Virus record (IMG/VR): IMGVR_UViG_2904899368_000001
Coordinates: 5,901 to 69,900 of that record
Direction: 5' to 3' (one strand)
Source of the DNA: a virus
Lineage: Duplodnaviria > Caudoviricetes
DNA: 64,000 nucleotides
The notes beneath the pieces are model-generated. The model was not told the DNA's origin. It searched no databases and was given only the letters and a program-made list of their open reading frames with translations. Positions 8,563 to 18,249 of this stretch are shown here, one piece after another. A program made the position numbers and the translations under genes. Numbering within the stretch: the stretch's first letter is position 1; each line of letters opens with the position of its first letter.

Positions 8563-11079
8563 ATGAAAGATTATATAGAATTTTTGAAAGACAAGATGGC
8601 AATCAGCCATCAGACTGGGTTTGAAGTCAGACCGGAAGAAATTTCCCCGTATTTATACCCTCATGTGAAAGATACAGTACGTTGGGCTATTTCCGGCGGT
8701 TGCAGGGCGATATTCTCCAGCTTCGGTATGCAGAAAACCGTAACCCAGTTGGAGATACTGCGGGTGATCCTGAACCGCACAGGAGGCAAAGGGTTGATAG
8801 TTTGCCCCAAGCGTGTAGTAGTGGAGTTCCTGACACAGGCCGAAAAGCATCTGGGTATGAAAGTGACCTATGTACGTACTATGCAGGAGGTGAAGCAATG
8901 TCCGACCAATATCATGGTGACAAACTATGAACGTGTCCGTGACGGCGAGGACGGAATAAGAATAGAACCTTCCTACTTTACCGTTACCTCATTGGATGAA
9001 GCGAGCGTGTTACGTGGATTCGGAACCAAGACCTATCAGGAGTTTCTTCCTATGTTTGCAGAAGTTCCGTACAGGTTTGTTGCCACTGCCACACCGTCAC
9101 CCAACAGATACAAGGAGCTGATACACTATGCCGGCTACCTTGGAGTGATGGATACCGGGCAGGCACTTACAAGGTTCTTCCAGCGTGACAGCACGAAGGC
9201 GAACAATCTTACCCTCTATCCCCACAAGGAGAAGGAATTCTGGTTATGGGTAAGTACATGGGCGTTGTTCCTCACCAAACCGTCTGATTTAGGTTATCCC
9301 GATACAGGATATGAGTTACCAGAGTTACGGGTACATGAAGAAGTCGTGAGTGTGGATAACTCCACTGCCGGAGCCGACCGTGACGGGCAGGTGAAAATGT
9401 TCCGTGAGGCTGCTCTCGGTCTGGCTGATGCTGCAAAGGAACGCCGGGACAACATGCAGGAAAAGATTGCCCGTGTGGTGGAGATAATCAATCGCCCGGA
9501 AAACAAGGATGACCATTTCCTTTTATGGCACGACTTGGAGGCTGAACGTGAGGCACTCTGCAAGGCAATTCCCGGATGTAAGGCTGTGTATGGCTCGCAA
9601 GATGATAAGGAAGCGGATAAGGTAATAGCAGATTTCAAGGACGGCCGTCTGAAGTATCTGGCCGCAAAACCGGAGATGCTGGGTGAGGGTCTGAACTTCC
9701 AGTACCACTGCCACAAGGCAATCATGTTCATCGACTACCGTTTTAATGACAAGTTCCAAGCGATAGCCCGTATCTACCGTTTCATGCAGCAGCATCCCGT
9801 AGAGCTTTACTTGGTGTATGCCGAAAGCGAAGGTGAAATATTCAAATCATTCATGCAGAAGTGGGCGCAACACCGCCAGATGGTAGCCAAGATGACCGAT
9901 ATAGTCCGCAAGAACGGTTTGTTCGGTTTGCAGGCAGAGGAAAAGATGATGCGGTGGATGTTTGCCAGCAGGGAAGAAAAGTCCGGCAAACTGTGGAAAG
10001 CTATCAATAATGACAATGTACTTGAATGTCAAAAGATGGAAGATAATTCGGTAGACCTGATTGTAACCAGTATCCCGTTCTCCAACCACTACGAATATAC
10101 GCCTACCTACAACGACTTCGGGCATAATGAAGACAACGGCAAGTTCTTTGAGCAGATGGACTATCTCACCCCGGAGCTTATGCGTATTTTAAAGCCCGGC
10201 CGGTTAGCCTGCATCCATGTAAAGGACCGTGTACTGTTCGGCAACGCTACGGGTGACGGTATGCCCACCATCGACCCGTTCAGCGAAATGACTGTGTTCC
10301 ATTATCTGAAGCACGGGTTCCGCTACATGGGGCGTATTACAGTGGATACGGATGTGGTGAGGGAGAACAACCAGACTTATCGGCTTGGATATACAGAGAT
10401 GTGCAAGGACGGTTCAAAGATGGGTATCGGTTGCCCGGAATATGTTCTTCTCTTCCGAAAGTTGCCTTCTGATACCTCACGAGCCTATGCTGATTTGCCG
10501 GTGACAAAGAATAAGAGTGAATACTCGCTTGCCCGTTGGCAGATAGATGCCCATGCAAGTTGGAAATCTTCTGGTAACTCTCTATTGAGCTATGAGGACA
10601 TGAAAGGAGCCGGAATAGATAAGATACGCCATCTGTTCAGGAACTACGAACGTGAACATATATATAACTACGAGGAACATGTATCATTCGCTGAAGAATT
10701 GGAAATATACGGAAAGCTGCCTAAAACATTTATGGCCGTTGACCCTGTAAGCAAGAAAGATTGGATATGGGATGATGTCACCCGTATGCGCACGCTCAAT
10801 ACCAAGCAGTCACAGAAGAAACGGCAGAACCACATCTGCCCTTTACAGCTCGATATCGTTGAAAGACTGATTGAACGGTATTCAAACAAGAGTGAGTTGG
10901 TGTTTGACCCCTTCGGAGGTATCGGCACAGTACCTTATTGTGCCATCAGACTGAAACGTAAGGGATTATCTACAGAACTGAATTATGACTATTGGAAAGA
11001 CAGTCTTTCATATCTGTATGAGGCGGAGATGGAAGTTAGCGCACCCACATTGTTTGATTTGATGGACAGTGCCGTATGA
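8563..11079 (+). CDS. SNF2-like helicase fused to an N4/N6 DNA methyltransferase (beta class)
   Basis: GMQKT, LDEAS, TATPSPN and GEGLNFQ helicase motifs; VTSIPF catalytic-motif variant and FDPFGGIGT SAM motif. Confidence 0.85.
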   Translation: MKDYIEFLKDKMAISHQTGFEVRPEEISPYLYPHVKDTVRWAISGGCRAIFSSFGMQKTVTQLEILRVILNRTGGKGLIVCPKRVVVEFLTQAEKHLGMKVTYVRTMQEVKQCPTNIMVTNYERVRDGEDGIRIEPSYFTVTSLDEASVLRGFGTKTYQEFLPMFAEVPYRFVATATPSPNRYKELIHYAGYLGVMDTGQALTRFFQRDSTKANNLTLYPHKEKEFWLWVSTWALFLTKPSDLGYPDTGYELPELRVHEEVVSVDNSTAGADRDGQVKMFREAALGLADAAKERRDNMQEKIARVVEIINRPENKDDHFLLWHDLEAEREALCKAIPGCKAVYGSQDDKEADKVIADFKDGRLKYLAAKPEMLGEGLNFQYHCHKAIMFIDYRFNDKFQAIARIYRFMQQHPVELYLVYAESEGEIFKSFMQKWAQHRQMVAKMTDIVRKNGLFGLQAEEKMMRWMFASREEKSGKLWKAINNDNVLECQKMEDNSVDLIVTSIPFSNHYEYTPTYNDFGHNEDNGKFFEQMDYLTPELMRILKPGRLACIHVKDRVLFGNATGDGMPTIDPFSEMTVFHYLKHGFRYMGRITVDTDVVRENNQTYRLGYTEMCKDGSKMGIGCPEYVLLFRKLPSDTSRAYADLPVTKNKSEYSLARWQIDAHASWKSSGNSLLSYEDMKGAGIDKIRHLFRNYEREHIYNYEEHVSFAEELEIYGKLPKTFMAVDPVSKKDWIWDDVTRMRTLNTKQSQKKRQNHICPLQLDIVERLIERYSNKSELVFDPFGGIGTVPYCAIRLKRKGLSTELNYDYWKDSLSYLYEAEMEVSAPTLFDLMDSAV

Positions 11080-11393
11080 ACATCTATCACACAGAACCCA
11101 GATTCGACTGCGAAAAATTCGCTCCATGCGGGCGCATCTCCCTGCACAAATGCCGGAAATACAAAGGCAGACTGGATGAATGCAGGGGATGTACGCTTGT
11201 ACACCGTAAAGCCAAGACGGTTGCCGGTACGGAAGCCGGAAGAAAGGTTTGTCCGCATTGCGGACGTTCCCTTCCGCTCCACCGGTTTTATAACAGGACT
11301 GTCAGATGTGGGGATAAGGAATACCGATGTCTCACCTCCTGGTGCAAGATGTGTATGAGTGAAGTCGCAGCGGAAAGAAATCGTAATAATTAA
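11076..11393 (+). CDS. Cys-rich (zinc-finger-like) hypothetical protein
   Basis: several CxxC pairs (CRGC, CPHC, CKMC). Confidence 0.55.
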   Translation: MNIYHTEPRFDCEKFAPCGRISLHKCRKYKGRLDECRGCTLVHRKAKTVAGTEAGRKVCPHCGRSLPLHRFYNRTVRCGDKEYRCLTSWCKMCMSEVAAERNRNN

Positions 11394-11405
11394 TTTAAAA
11401 ATCCA

Positions 11406-11597
11406 ATGAAAAACGTAACGAAAATAGCCAAGAAGTCCGCAGGGCTTAGCCAAAAATGCTCGATTTGCCCACTTATGCAAAGATGCACTTTAGAAATCCA
11501 TAGAGCCTGTTTTGACAGCTTTGTAGAGGGTTTCAAGAAAGGGGCCAGAGCTGCTGAAAAAGAAATAAACAAGAAATTCAAATCGGAACAGATATGA
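11406..11597 (+). CDS. hypothetical protein
   Basis: short ORF with CSICP. Confidence 0.5.
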   Translation: MKNVTKIAKKSAGLSQKCSICPLMQRCTLEIHRACFDSFVEGFKKGARAAEKEINKKFKSEQI

Positions 11598-11956
11598 AAC
11601 AGACAGCAGAAGAAGCGGCAAGGGGATATTCCAATGATTGCAGAAACAGGCAGCGTCATTGTGAACCGTACTGCATTGTTGACTTTATTTCTGGTGCCGA
11701 ATGGCAGTCAAAGCAATCACCTTGGATAAGCGTTGAAGATAAACTGCCTTCTTTAAACCAAAAAGTAATAGTTTATAACGGGAAACAAATATATATATCT
11801 CATAGGACAGAAAAAGACTACGCAAAAGATGCTAATTCCTTCTTGTATGGATTGCAGACCTATAATGTTGTAGCATGGATGCCCATCCCGTCTTTCGATG
11901 AGATACTATACGCCAACAGGGATATGCTGGAACGAATTAAAGAGAAAGGAGATTGA
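11594..11956 (+). CDS. DUF551-like protein
   Basis: WISVEDKLP ... VVAWMPIP signature. Confidence 0.75.
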   Translation: MKQTAEEAARGYSNDCRNRQRHCEPYCIVDFISGAEWQSKQSPWISVEDKLPSLNQKVIVYNGKQIYISHRTEKDYAKDANSFLYGLQTYNVVAWMPIPSFDEILYANRDMLERIKEKGD

Positions 11957-12162
11957 ATATGAGGTTTATATTAATTATACTTATGACAGCCACGATGTTA
12001 TCTTGTAAAGATGACATGGAACATAGATTAAAAGGTGGAATGGTTATTACTGTTAAGGGAGATACCATAAAGTTTTATGGAGGAACGTTTACTTATAAAT
12101 TATTTGGTGAAAGAGATATTAGGGGTGTTGTAATTGATGAATCAAAAGAAAAAGAAGATTAG
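11953..12162 (+). CDS. small putative lipoprotein
   Basis: signal peptide ending in LSC. Confidence 0.5.
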   Translation: MNMRFILIILMTATMLSCKDDMEHRLKGGMVITVKGDTIKFYGGTFTYKLFGERDIRGVVIDESKEKED

Positions 12163-12164
12163 CT

Positions 12165-12380
12165 ATGGTAATAAAGAAGATAATTTATAAAATATCTATC
12201 TATAAGGTACTGCCACCTTATAAGAATTGGTACAGTATCATGACTAATGACGGACTAAATCGTAGTAATGTTGTAATTATTGGGAAAAAGCAATTACTGA
12301 AAGTAGCTTTAGCCTTGATTGTTATGGCTATTTTTAATAAAAGGACTACTATAGATAAATTCAAATCGGAACAGAAATGA
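12165..12380 (+). CDS. hypothetical protein
   Basis: coupled ORF. Confidence 0.45.
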   Translation: MVIKKIIYKISIYKVLPPYKNWYSIMTNDGLNRSNVVIIGKKQLLKVALALIVMAIFNKRTTIDKFKSEQK

Positions 12381-12413
12381 GCCTTGGGCGGCTTTGTAAA
12401 ACCCATAGAAACA

Positions 12414-12806
12414 ATGATGAAAAAGTATATTGGAACAAAATTAGTTCAAGCCACACCAGCAATTCGCAAGGGTGGAAAAATTTATCTACCTACTGATGCT
12501 ATTCCAAAAACAATGGAACCAGTAGAAGAAGGTTATAAGGTGGTGTATGAAGACGGTTATGAAAGCTGGTCACCTAAAGATGTCTTTGAAAAGGCTTATC
12601 ACGTGGCTGATACCCCTCTTGACCGTATGTATATCGAATATAATGAGTTGATGGACAAACATAATAAGTTAGTACTGTTCCTTGGTCGAAAAGACGCTAT
12701 TGAAATAGCAGGTGAAAATCAGGTCGCCTTAATGGAGGTTCAAAAAGTACAGATGCACGACTACATTCTTACCTTGAAAGAGCGCATTGATTTAATGAAG
12801 AAATAA
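12414..12806 (+). CDS. conserved phage protein (MKKYIGTK / GYESWSPK family)
   Basis: motifs shared with 37915..38415. Confidence 0.65.
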   Translation: MMKKYIGTKLVQATPAIRKGGKIYLPTDAIPKTMEPVEEGYKVVYEDGYESWSPKDVFEKAYHVADTPLDRMYIEYNELMDKHNKLVLFLGRKDAIEIAGENQVALMEVQKVQMHDYILTLKERIDLMKK

Positions 12807-12811
12807 ATATT

Positions 12812-12843
12812 GCCATACGGTGGTTGAATATCTACCGTATGGC
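12812..12843. terminator. inverted-repeat hairpin (probable terminator)
   Basis: GCCATACGGTGG / CTACCGTATGGC just after a stop codon. Confidence 0.55.
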
Positions 12844-13313
12844 TTAATACAAGAAAAAAAGGAACTAAAAGATGATACTTACTACTGGTAAGATAGTATT
12901 CGTTACCGATCCAGATGAATCAGACTGCTATATTGAGAACTTAAGGATGGAGTACAACACAAATCTTTTACAATAGTATTTACAACCGATTATTGATCAA
13001 TATTTTATAGGTGATAAGTCAAAAATATGGTTGTTGTCTTTAATTGTACATTCTAAAGGGTGAAGATTTAACGTTTTTATTGATTCTTAACTCCTTTGGA
13101 AAACCAACTTAAGCTGTTTCTTCTTTTTCAGCACAATTTGCTTTGTATATTTCACTACTATTTTTGGCTCATTGCAAAAGTATAGAATTTTTTGTTTTGA
13201 TAGAAAAATCGAAATGTTTGCAGTACAGCAGAAAAAACATTATCTTTGCATCAACAATTTCCGCCACGCCTCTTTACAATGCGTACCAGGGCGGAACTTA
13301 TTTTTATATACAT

Positions 13314-13397
13314 ATGATAACATACACTAAGCAGCCCATAAGTATTGCTGACCAAATAGCAATGTTGAAAAACAGGGGACTTCTGTTTGAAAAGTGA
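13314..13397 (+). pseudogene. truncated N-terminal fragment of an Abi (AbiD/Abi_2-like) protein
   Basis: YTKQPISIADQIAMLKNRGLLF matches the Abi-family N-terminus; upstream TATCTTTG promoter and hairpin leader; cut off after 27 aa. Confidence 0.55.
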
Positions 13398-13420
13398 ATT
13401 GCAACTTTATCTAAATAACA

Positions 13421-15532
13421 ATGAAAAGAATCTTTTTGGCATGTATTTGCTATCTGTTGATTTTGCCTACAGGCTTATGGGCAAAACGAATCATTAAGGT
13501 GGCGTGCGTGGGCAACAGTATCACGTACGGTGCAGGTATTTCCAACCGGGAGAAAAACTCTTATCCCGCCCAGTTGCAGTATTACTTGGGCGATGATTAC
13601 GAAGTCCGCAACTTCGGTTCGAACGGAGCAACGGCGCAGTCGGACGGCGATTATCCGTATGTCCGTACTGGGGTGTACGGCGAATCGAAAAACTTTCTTC
13701 CGGACATTGTCCTGATTAAATTGGGAACGAACGACACCAAGCCGCAGAACTGGAAAGACGAAAAGCATTTTATGGAAGAATATCAAACGCTTATCGATAC
13801 CTACCGCTCGCTGGATTCGCATCCGCAGGTGATTCTGCTCACTCCGGTGCGTTGCTTCCTTACCGAGAAGAACACCGTCAGTCCGCGCATTATCGAAGAA
13901 AAGGTACGTTTGGTAGTCGAACAGCTGGCTTACGATAACGGACTGGGTATTATTAATCTGCATAATCTGTTTGGCAACCAGTGGGATCAGGTCATTATGC
14001 CGGACCGTTTGCATCCGTCTTCTATCGGTGCGGGTGCGATGGCGCGTAAAATCGGCGATTACCTGCTGAATGCAGTTCAAAGTAAGCCGGCAGCCATTGT
14101 ACCCGAAAATGCGACCTCCTTTAATTTTCACGGTTATCAGGGATACGATTTCCAGTTGGATGGGGTTCCTTGCAAAGTGGTACGTCCGGCTAAAGAAGCA
14201 CAGGGAAGACCCTGGATATGGCGGGCTCGTTTCTGGGGACATGAGCCACAGACCGACATCGACTTGCTGGAGCAAGGTTTCCATGTGGTATATTGCGATG
14301 TAGCCGACTTGTATGGTGCCGATAAGGCAGTAAAACGTTGGAACAAGTTTTACAAATATCTGGTGAAGAATGGTTTTCATAAAAAGACCGTACTGGAGGG
14401 CATGAGCCGTGGCGGACTGATTGTTTACAACTGGGCTGCACAGAACTCTGATAAAGTGGCTTGCATCTATGCCGATGCACCGGTCATGGACATCAAGAGC
14501 TGGCCGATGGGAAAAGGTGCTTATGCAGGTTCGGCCGAGGATGTGACACGGATGCTGGCAGCCTACGGCTTTAAGAATGAGGAACAGGCTTTGCGCTGGA
14601 AAAAGAATCCGCTGAATCATGCGGCCAAGATTGCACAGGCAGACATTCCGGTACTGCACGTAGTGGGCGATGCAGACGATATTGTTCCGGTGTCAGAGAA
14701 TACAGCCCTTTTCGAAGCAGAAATGAAACGTCTCGGTGCCCCGATTACCGTGATTCACAAACCGGGTATCGGCCATCATCCGCATTCACTGAACAATCCC
14801 GAATCCATTGTACGTTTCATACTGAAAGCTACCGGCCGGTGGTCCAACAATTGTACCCATGCCGTTCCCGGAAACGAGTATCGCTCGGCTGCCGGATGGG
14901 TGGAAGGCTCGGAGTGGCATTCGGTGGCACAGGATATCGAAACCACGCTGAACGAACGTAAACTGAAACTGCTGTTGCTGGGCAATTCCATTACGCAAGG
15001 TTGGGGCGGCATGCGTAAGCTCGTCAGCTACAAACCGGGCAAGCAGGCCATGGACGACGCTTTGGGACAGGGAAACTGGGAAAGTGCCGGTATCTCGGGT
15101 GACCGTACGCAGAACTTGCTTTGGCGTGTCCGTTACGGAAACTATAACCGGTGTACTCCGGAATATGTGGTGATTGCCATCGGAATCAATAATCTGGTAG
15201 TCGGTCAGGACACAGCAGACGATACGGCTGAAGGTATCATCGCCGTTACGGAAGAGGCCTGCAGGCAGTTCCCTGATTCAAAGATTATCCTGTTGGGACT
15301 TTTCCCTTCCGGAAAGGAGCAGGGCAGTGCAGTCCGTGAACAGTGCAACCGCATTCATAAACTGCTGGGCACGCATACCTTCGGAGCTCAGGTCAGTTAC
15401 ACAAATCCTACAGGCTGGTTTCTTGACGAAGATGGAACGATTCGTGACGGACTTTACAGCGGCGATTATATTCACTTCACAGACAAAGGTTATGCTTGTG
15501 TAGCCTCACATCTGATACAGTTGATGAAATAA
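13421..15532 (+). CDS. multidomain esterase: SGNH/GDSL + alpha/beta-hydrolase + SGNH (host-type carbohydrate acetylesterase)
   Basis: signal peptide; two GNSIT blocks; GTND and DRLHP; GMSRGG nucleophile elbow; DYIHF. Confidence 0.85.
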   Translation: MKRIFLACICYLLILPTGLWAKRIIKVACVGNSITYGAGISNREKNSYPAQLQYYLGDDYEVRNFGSNGATAQSDGDYPYVRTGVYGESKNFLPDIVLIKLGTNDTKPQNWKDEKHFMEEYQTLIDTYRSLDSHPQVILLTPVRCFLTEKNTVSPRIIEEKVRLVVEQLAYDNGLGIINLHNLFGNQWDQVIMPDRLHPSSIGAGAMARKIGDYLLNAVQSKPAAIVPENATSFNFHGYQGYDFQLDGVPCKVVRPAKEAQGRPWIWRARFWGHEPQTDIDLLEQGFHVVYCDVADLYGADKAVKRWNKFYKYLVKNGFHKKTVLEGMSRGGLIVYNWAAQNSDKVACIYADAPVMDIKSWPMGKGAYAGSAEDVTRMLAAYGFKNEEQALRWKKNPLNHAAKIAQADIPVLHVVGDADDIVPVSENTALFEAEMKRLGAPITVIHKPGIGHHPHSLNNPESIVRFILKATGRWSNNCTHAVPGNEYRSAAGWVEGSEWHSVAQDIETTLNERKLKLLLLGNSITQGWGGMRKLVSYKPGKQAMDDALGQGNWESAGISGDRTQNLLWRVRYGNYNRCTPEYVVIAIGINNLVVGQDTADDTAEGIIAVTEEACRQFPDSKIILLGLFPSGKEQGSAVREQCNRIHKLLGTHTFGAQVSYTNPTGWFLDEDGTIRDGLYSGDYIHFTDKGYACVASHLIQLMK

Positions 15533-15551
15533 CACTAAAAGAAAAATAAGT

Positions 15552-16941
15552 ATGAAAACCACTTTCAAGTTTGCAGGATTGTCTGCTTTATTATTCGGGC
15601 AGTCGCTTTGTCTGCTTGCACAGACAGCCTGGCATAACCCGGCGGCCGATTCGCTGTTGCCCATTCAGGGAAGAGCCTGGAATGCGGAAACCGGAAAGGC
15701 CTACCAGCGTTTGCCGCAGCGGGCCGAACAACTGGTCCGTAAACCCGTGTGGGACCTGTCGTTGCAGACAGCAGGACTCTATGTGAAGTTTTACACCAAT
15801 GCTCCACAAATTCAAGTAAAGTATCAGGTTACGGGGGGATTCTCGATGCCCCACATGCCGGCAACAGGTGTCAGCGGAGTAGACCTTTACACGATGGACT
15901 GCAACGGGCAGCAATACTGGTGCGCGGCCAACTATCAGTTCGGTGATACAGTGCGCTATACGTATAACGACCTGACATACCGCAACACGCACGATAAGGG
16001 AAACGAATTCACCTTGTATCTGCCTCTGTACAACGGTGTGAAGTCTTTACAGATTGGTGTGCCCAAAGGCAGCCGCTTCGATTTCGTGCGTCCGTCGGTC
16101 GAAAAGCCTGTCGTGATATACGGAACTTCCATTGCGCAAGGGGCATGTGCTTCGCGTCCCGGTATGGCCTGGACCAATATCCTGCAGCGCAAGCTGGATA
16201 TGCCGGTCGTTAATCTGGGCTTTTCGGGCAACGGACAATTGGACGAAGGTTTCTTCAAATTGCTGGCCGAAGTGGATGCGGCAATGTATGTGATAGACTG
16301 TATGCCGAATATGACGAACGACCGTGTAGGACTTATCCGTCCGCGTCTGGAAAAAGGCATCCGTATATTGCGCAGCAAAAGCAAAGCTCCCATTCTACTG
16401 GTAGAGCACGATGGCTATATGGGCTTTTACGCTTCGGATAAGAAAGGAAAGGAGTTCCGTAAGACCAATGAGCAGTTGCGTGCCGTATACGATTCGATGA
16501 AGGATGAAGCCGGAAATCTGCATTACATTACGTTTGACGAGCTGGCACTGTCTATGGACAGTCAGGTGGACGGAGTGCATGCTACCGACCTGGGTATGCA
16601 GCAGTATGCCGATGCCTATTATAAGAAAATAACCGGTATCCTTTTCCCGGAGCAGGCGACTTTATCCTTTACACCAGGCAGATAGCACCGCGATTCTTTC
16701 ACATACCAGTGGACAAAGCGGCATGATGAAATTCAGAATTATAATTCAACCGTGCAGCCACAAATTGTAATGTTAGGGAACTTTATCACTCACTTTTGGG
16801 GCAGATTGCCTTACGAAAAGCGCAGAATGGCCGATGATGTATGGCAAAAGCTGTTCAGGGGTAAGTCGGTTGTGAATCTGGGTTACGGATGGGACCGGAT
16901 AGAGAACGTACAGTGGCGGGTGCTGCATGGCGAACTGCTCT
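15552..16941 (+). pseudogene. SGNH/GDSL hydrolase, interrupted by an in-frame TAG (16683-16685) and truncated near 16940
   Basis: GTSIAQG, NLGFSG, DGVH in the first domain; reading continues in frame into GNFITH (block-I Ser lost) and NLGYGWDRIEN, then joins foreign DNA. Confidence 0.7.
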
Positions 16942-17135
16942 TCCGCTTTTTCAGTCAGGAGCCAGTCGGTGATACTTTCCATATCGACAGCCGTACCGAA
17001 GAACTCGTCAACATGCTTCTTGTTGTAATAGTTCTTTCCAGCGATGCGGCAGATGGGGATACGGTTGCGTTTGGCGGTGGTATAGAGCCATGACTGCCTG
17101 ACCTTATAAAGGGACATCACCTCTTCACCGGAATA
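16933..17135 (-). pseudogene. internal fragment of a Bacteroidales mobile-element excisionase-like HTH protein
   Basis: YSGEEVMSLYKVRQSWLYTTAKRNRIPICRIAGKNYYNKKHVDEFF..TDW pattern; no proper start or stop. Confidence 0.55.
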
Positions 17136-17151
17136 TAATAACAGATAAAAA

Positions 17152-17745
17152 ATGAACAATATTAATTTGAACGAACTACGGAATCGTGCTTATAAGACCG
17201 CCTGTGAGCACGGTTTCCATGATAAAGAATTGAGTAACGAACACTGCCTTTGCCTTATCGTTGGAGAGCTTATGGAAGCTGTGGAAGCGGATAGAAAGGG
17301 AAGATTAGGAAAGAAATGTAAATCACGTTTTGAAATGGACTATAATCGCTATCCTGCATTAGTGGAAGAAGAAAAGCGATTTAAGTGTTCCTTTGAAAAA
17401 AATGTAAAAGATACACTTCCAGACGAACTAAGCGATGCGGTTATACGCCTGCTTGATTTGGCTGGATTAAGAAATATATCCATTGATGATTTTCCTGAAG
17501 AAGCGATATATGGTGCATCCGAAAGTTGCGTAGGTGAAACATTTACTGAAAGCATATACGCCATATCCACATTGCCAATTCGTTATTTTTATGAATATAA
17601 TTATTCTTTTGAAAGTCAGATAGGTCATATGTTATTATCAATCTTCGGGCTTGCCAAGCATATGAACATAGACCTTATATGGCATGTGGAGCAGAAGATG
17701 AGATACAATGAACTAAGACCTAAGTTGAACGGAAAAAGATATTGA
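17152..17745 (+). CDS. MazG-like all-alpha NTP pyrophosphohydrolase
   Basis: ELMEAVEA..K and DELSDAVIRLLD EXXE/EXXD motifs. Confidence 0.7.
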   Translation: MNNINLNELRNRAYKTACEHGFHDKELSNEHCLCLIVGELMEAVEADRKGRLGKKCKSRFEMDYNRYPALVEEEKRFKCSFEKNVKDTLPDELSDAVIRLLDLAGLRNISIDDFPEEAIYGASESCVGETFTESIYAISTLPIRYFYEYNYSFESQIGHMLLSIFGLAKHMNIDLIWHVEQKMRYNELRPKLNGKRY

Positions 17746-17747
17746 TT

Positions 17748-17986
17748 ATGAAAACAATTATATTTACAATCATATGTATTATCGCCCTATTATGGGTTGG
17801 AGATTTCACAATTACATTTAAGCCGTTTTCTATATCACTTCCCGGTTGGTATAAGCCTGTAGGTATCATCCTGTTTGTGTTGGCAATGGCGGTATATAAC
17901 ATTGGAGAATACGCTAAAGGGTATAAGCATGGTTTCGATGATGGGATAAAGAATGTGTTGAAATACTTAAAAAGAAATGCGCTTAA
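17748..17986 (+). CDS. small membrane protein (probable 1-nt deletion near 17950)
   Basis: two TM segments; restoring one A gives ...GIKECVEILKKKCA*. Confidence 0.5.
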
Positions 17987-18111
17987 TGGGAAATATAGCT
18001 CTATGAAAGCTCCCAATCAGACTTTATGCCAAATTTGCGTGGCTCCAGCATTCTTGGCTTATTGAAAATCGTATTTGAAGCCCCCTAAATCTTTACTTTA
18101 GCGGTAGTTCA
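17987..18111 (+). mobile_element. IS200/IS605-family (tnpB-type) right-end remnant with no transposase
   Basis: GAAGCCCCTAAA-TCTTTAC-TTTAGCGGTAGTTCAC resembles the subterminal hairpin + GTAGTTCAC end of tnpB elements. Confidence 0.5.
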
Positions 18112-18249
18112 CAATTTTGTGATGAGAAAAATAGAATAGTTAGTGGTGATTCTTTGGAGTTGTCGCTAATTTTTTTTTAAGAAAATTATTCGCAAAAATG
18201 CGAATGAATAAAATTAAAATGCTATCTTTGCATTAAAGAAACAAATGAG

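Noticed and set aside
13475-14659. 394-aa minus-strand ORF (also 61250..62041 and many shorter antisense ORFs)
   Set aside because: Shadow ORFs opposite well-supported genes in GC-richer DNA; no motifs.
16683-16685. In-frame TAG in the SGNH gene as a sign of amber (TAG to Gln) recoding, as in some crAss-like phages
   Set aside because: TAG ends normal genes elsewhere (18566, 37237, 63483), no suppressor tRNA is seen, and the same segment has other damage (catalytic Ser to Phe, truncation).
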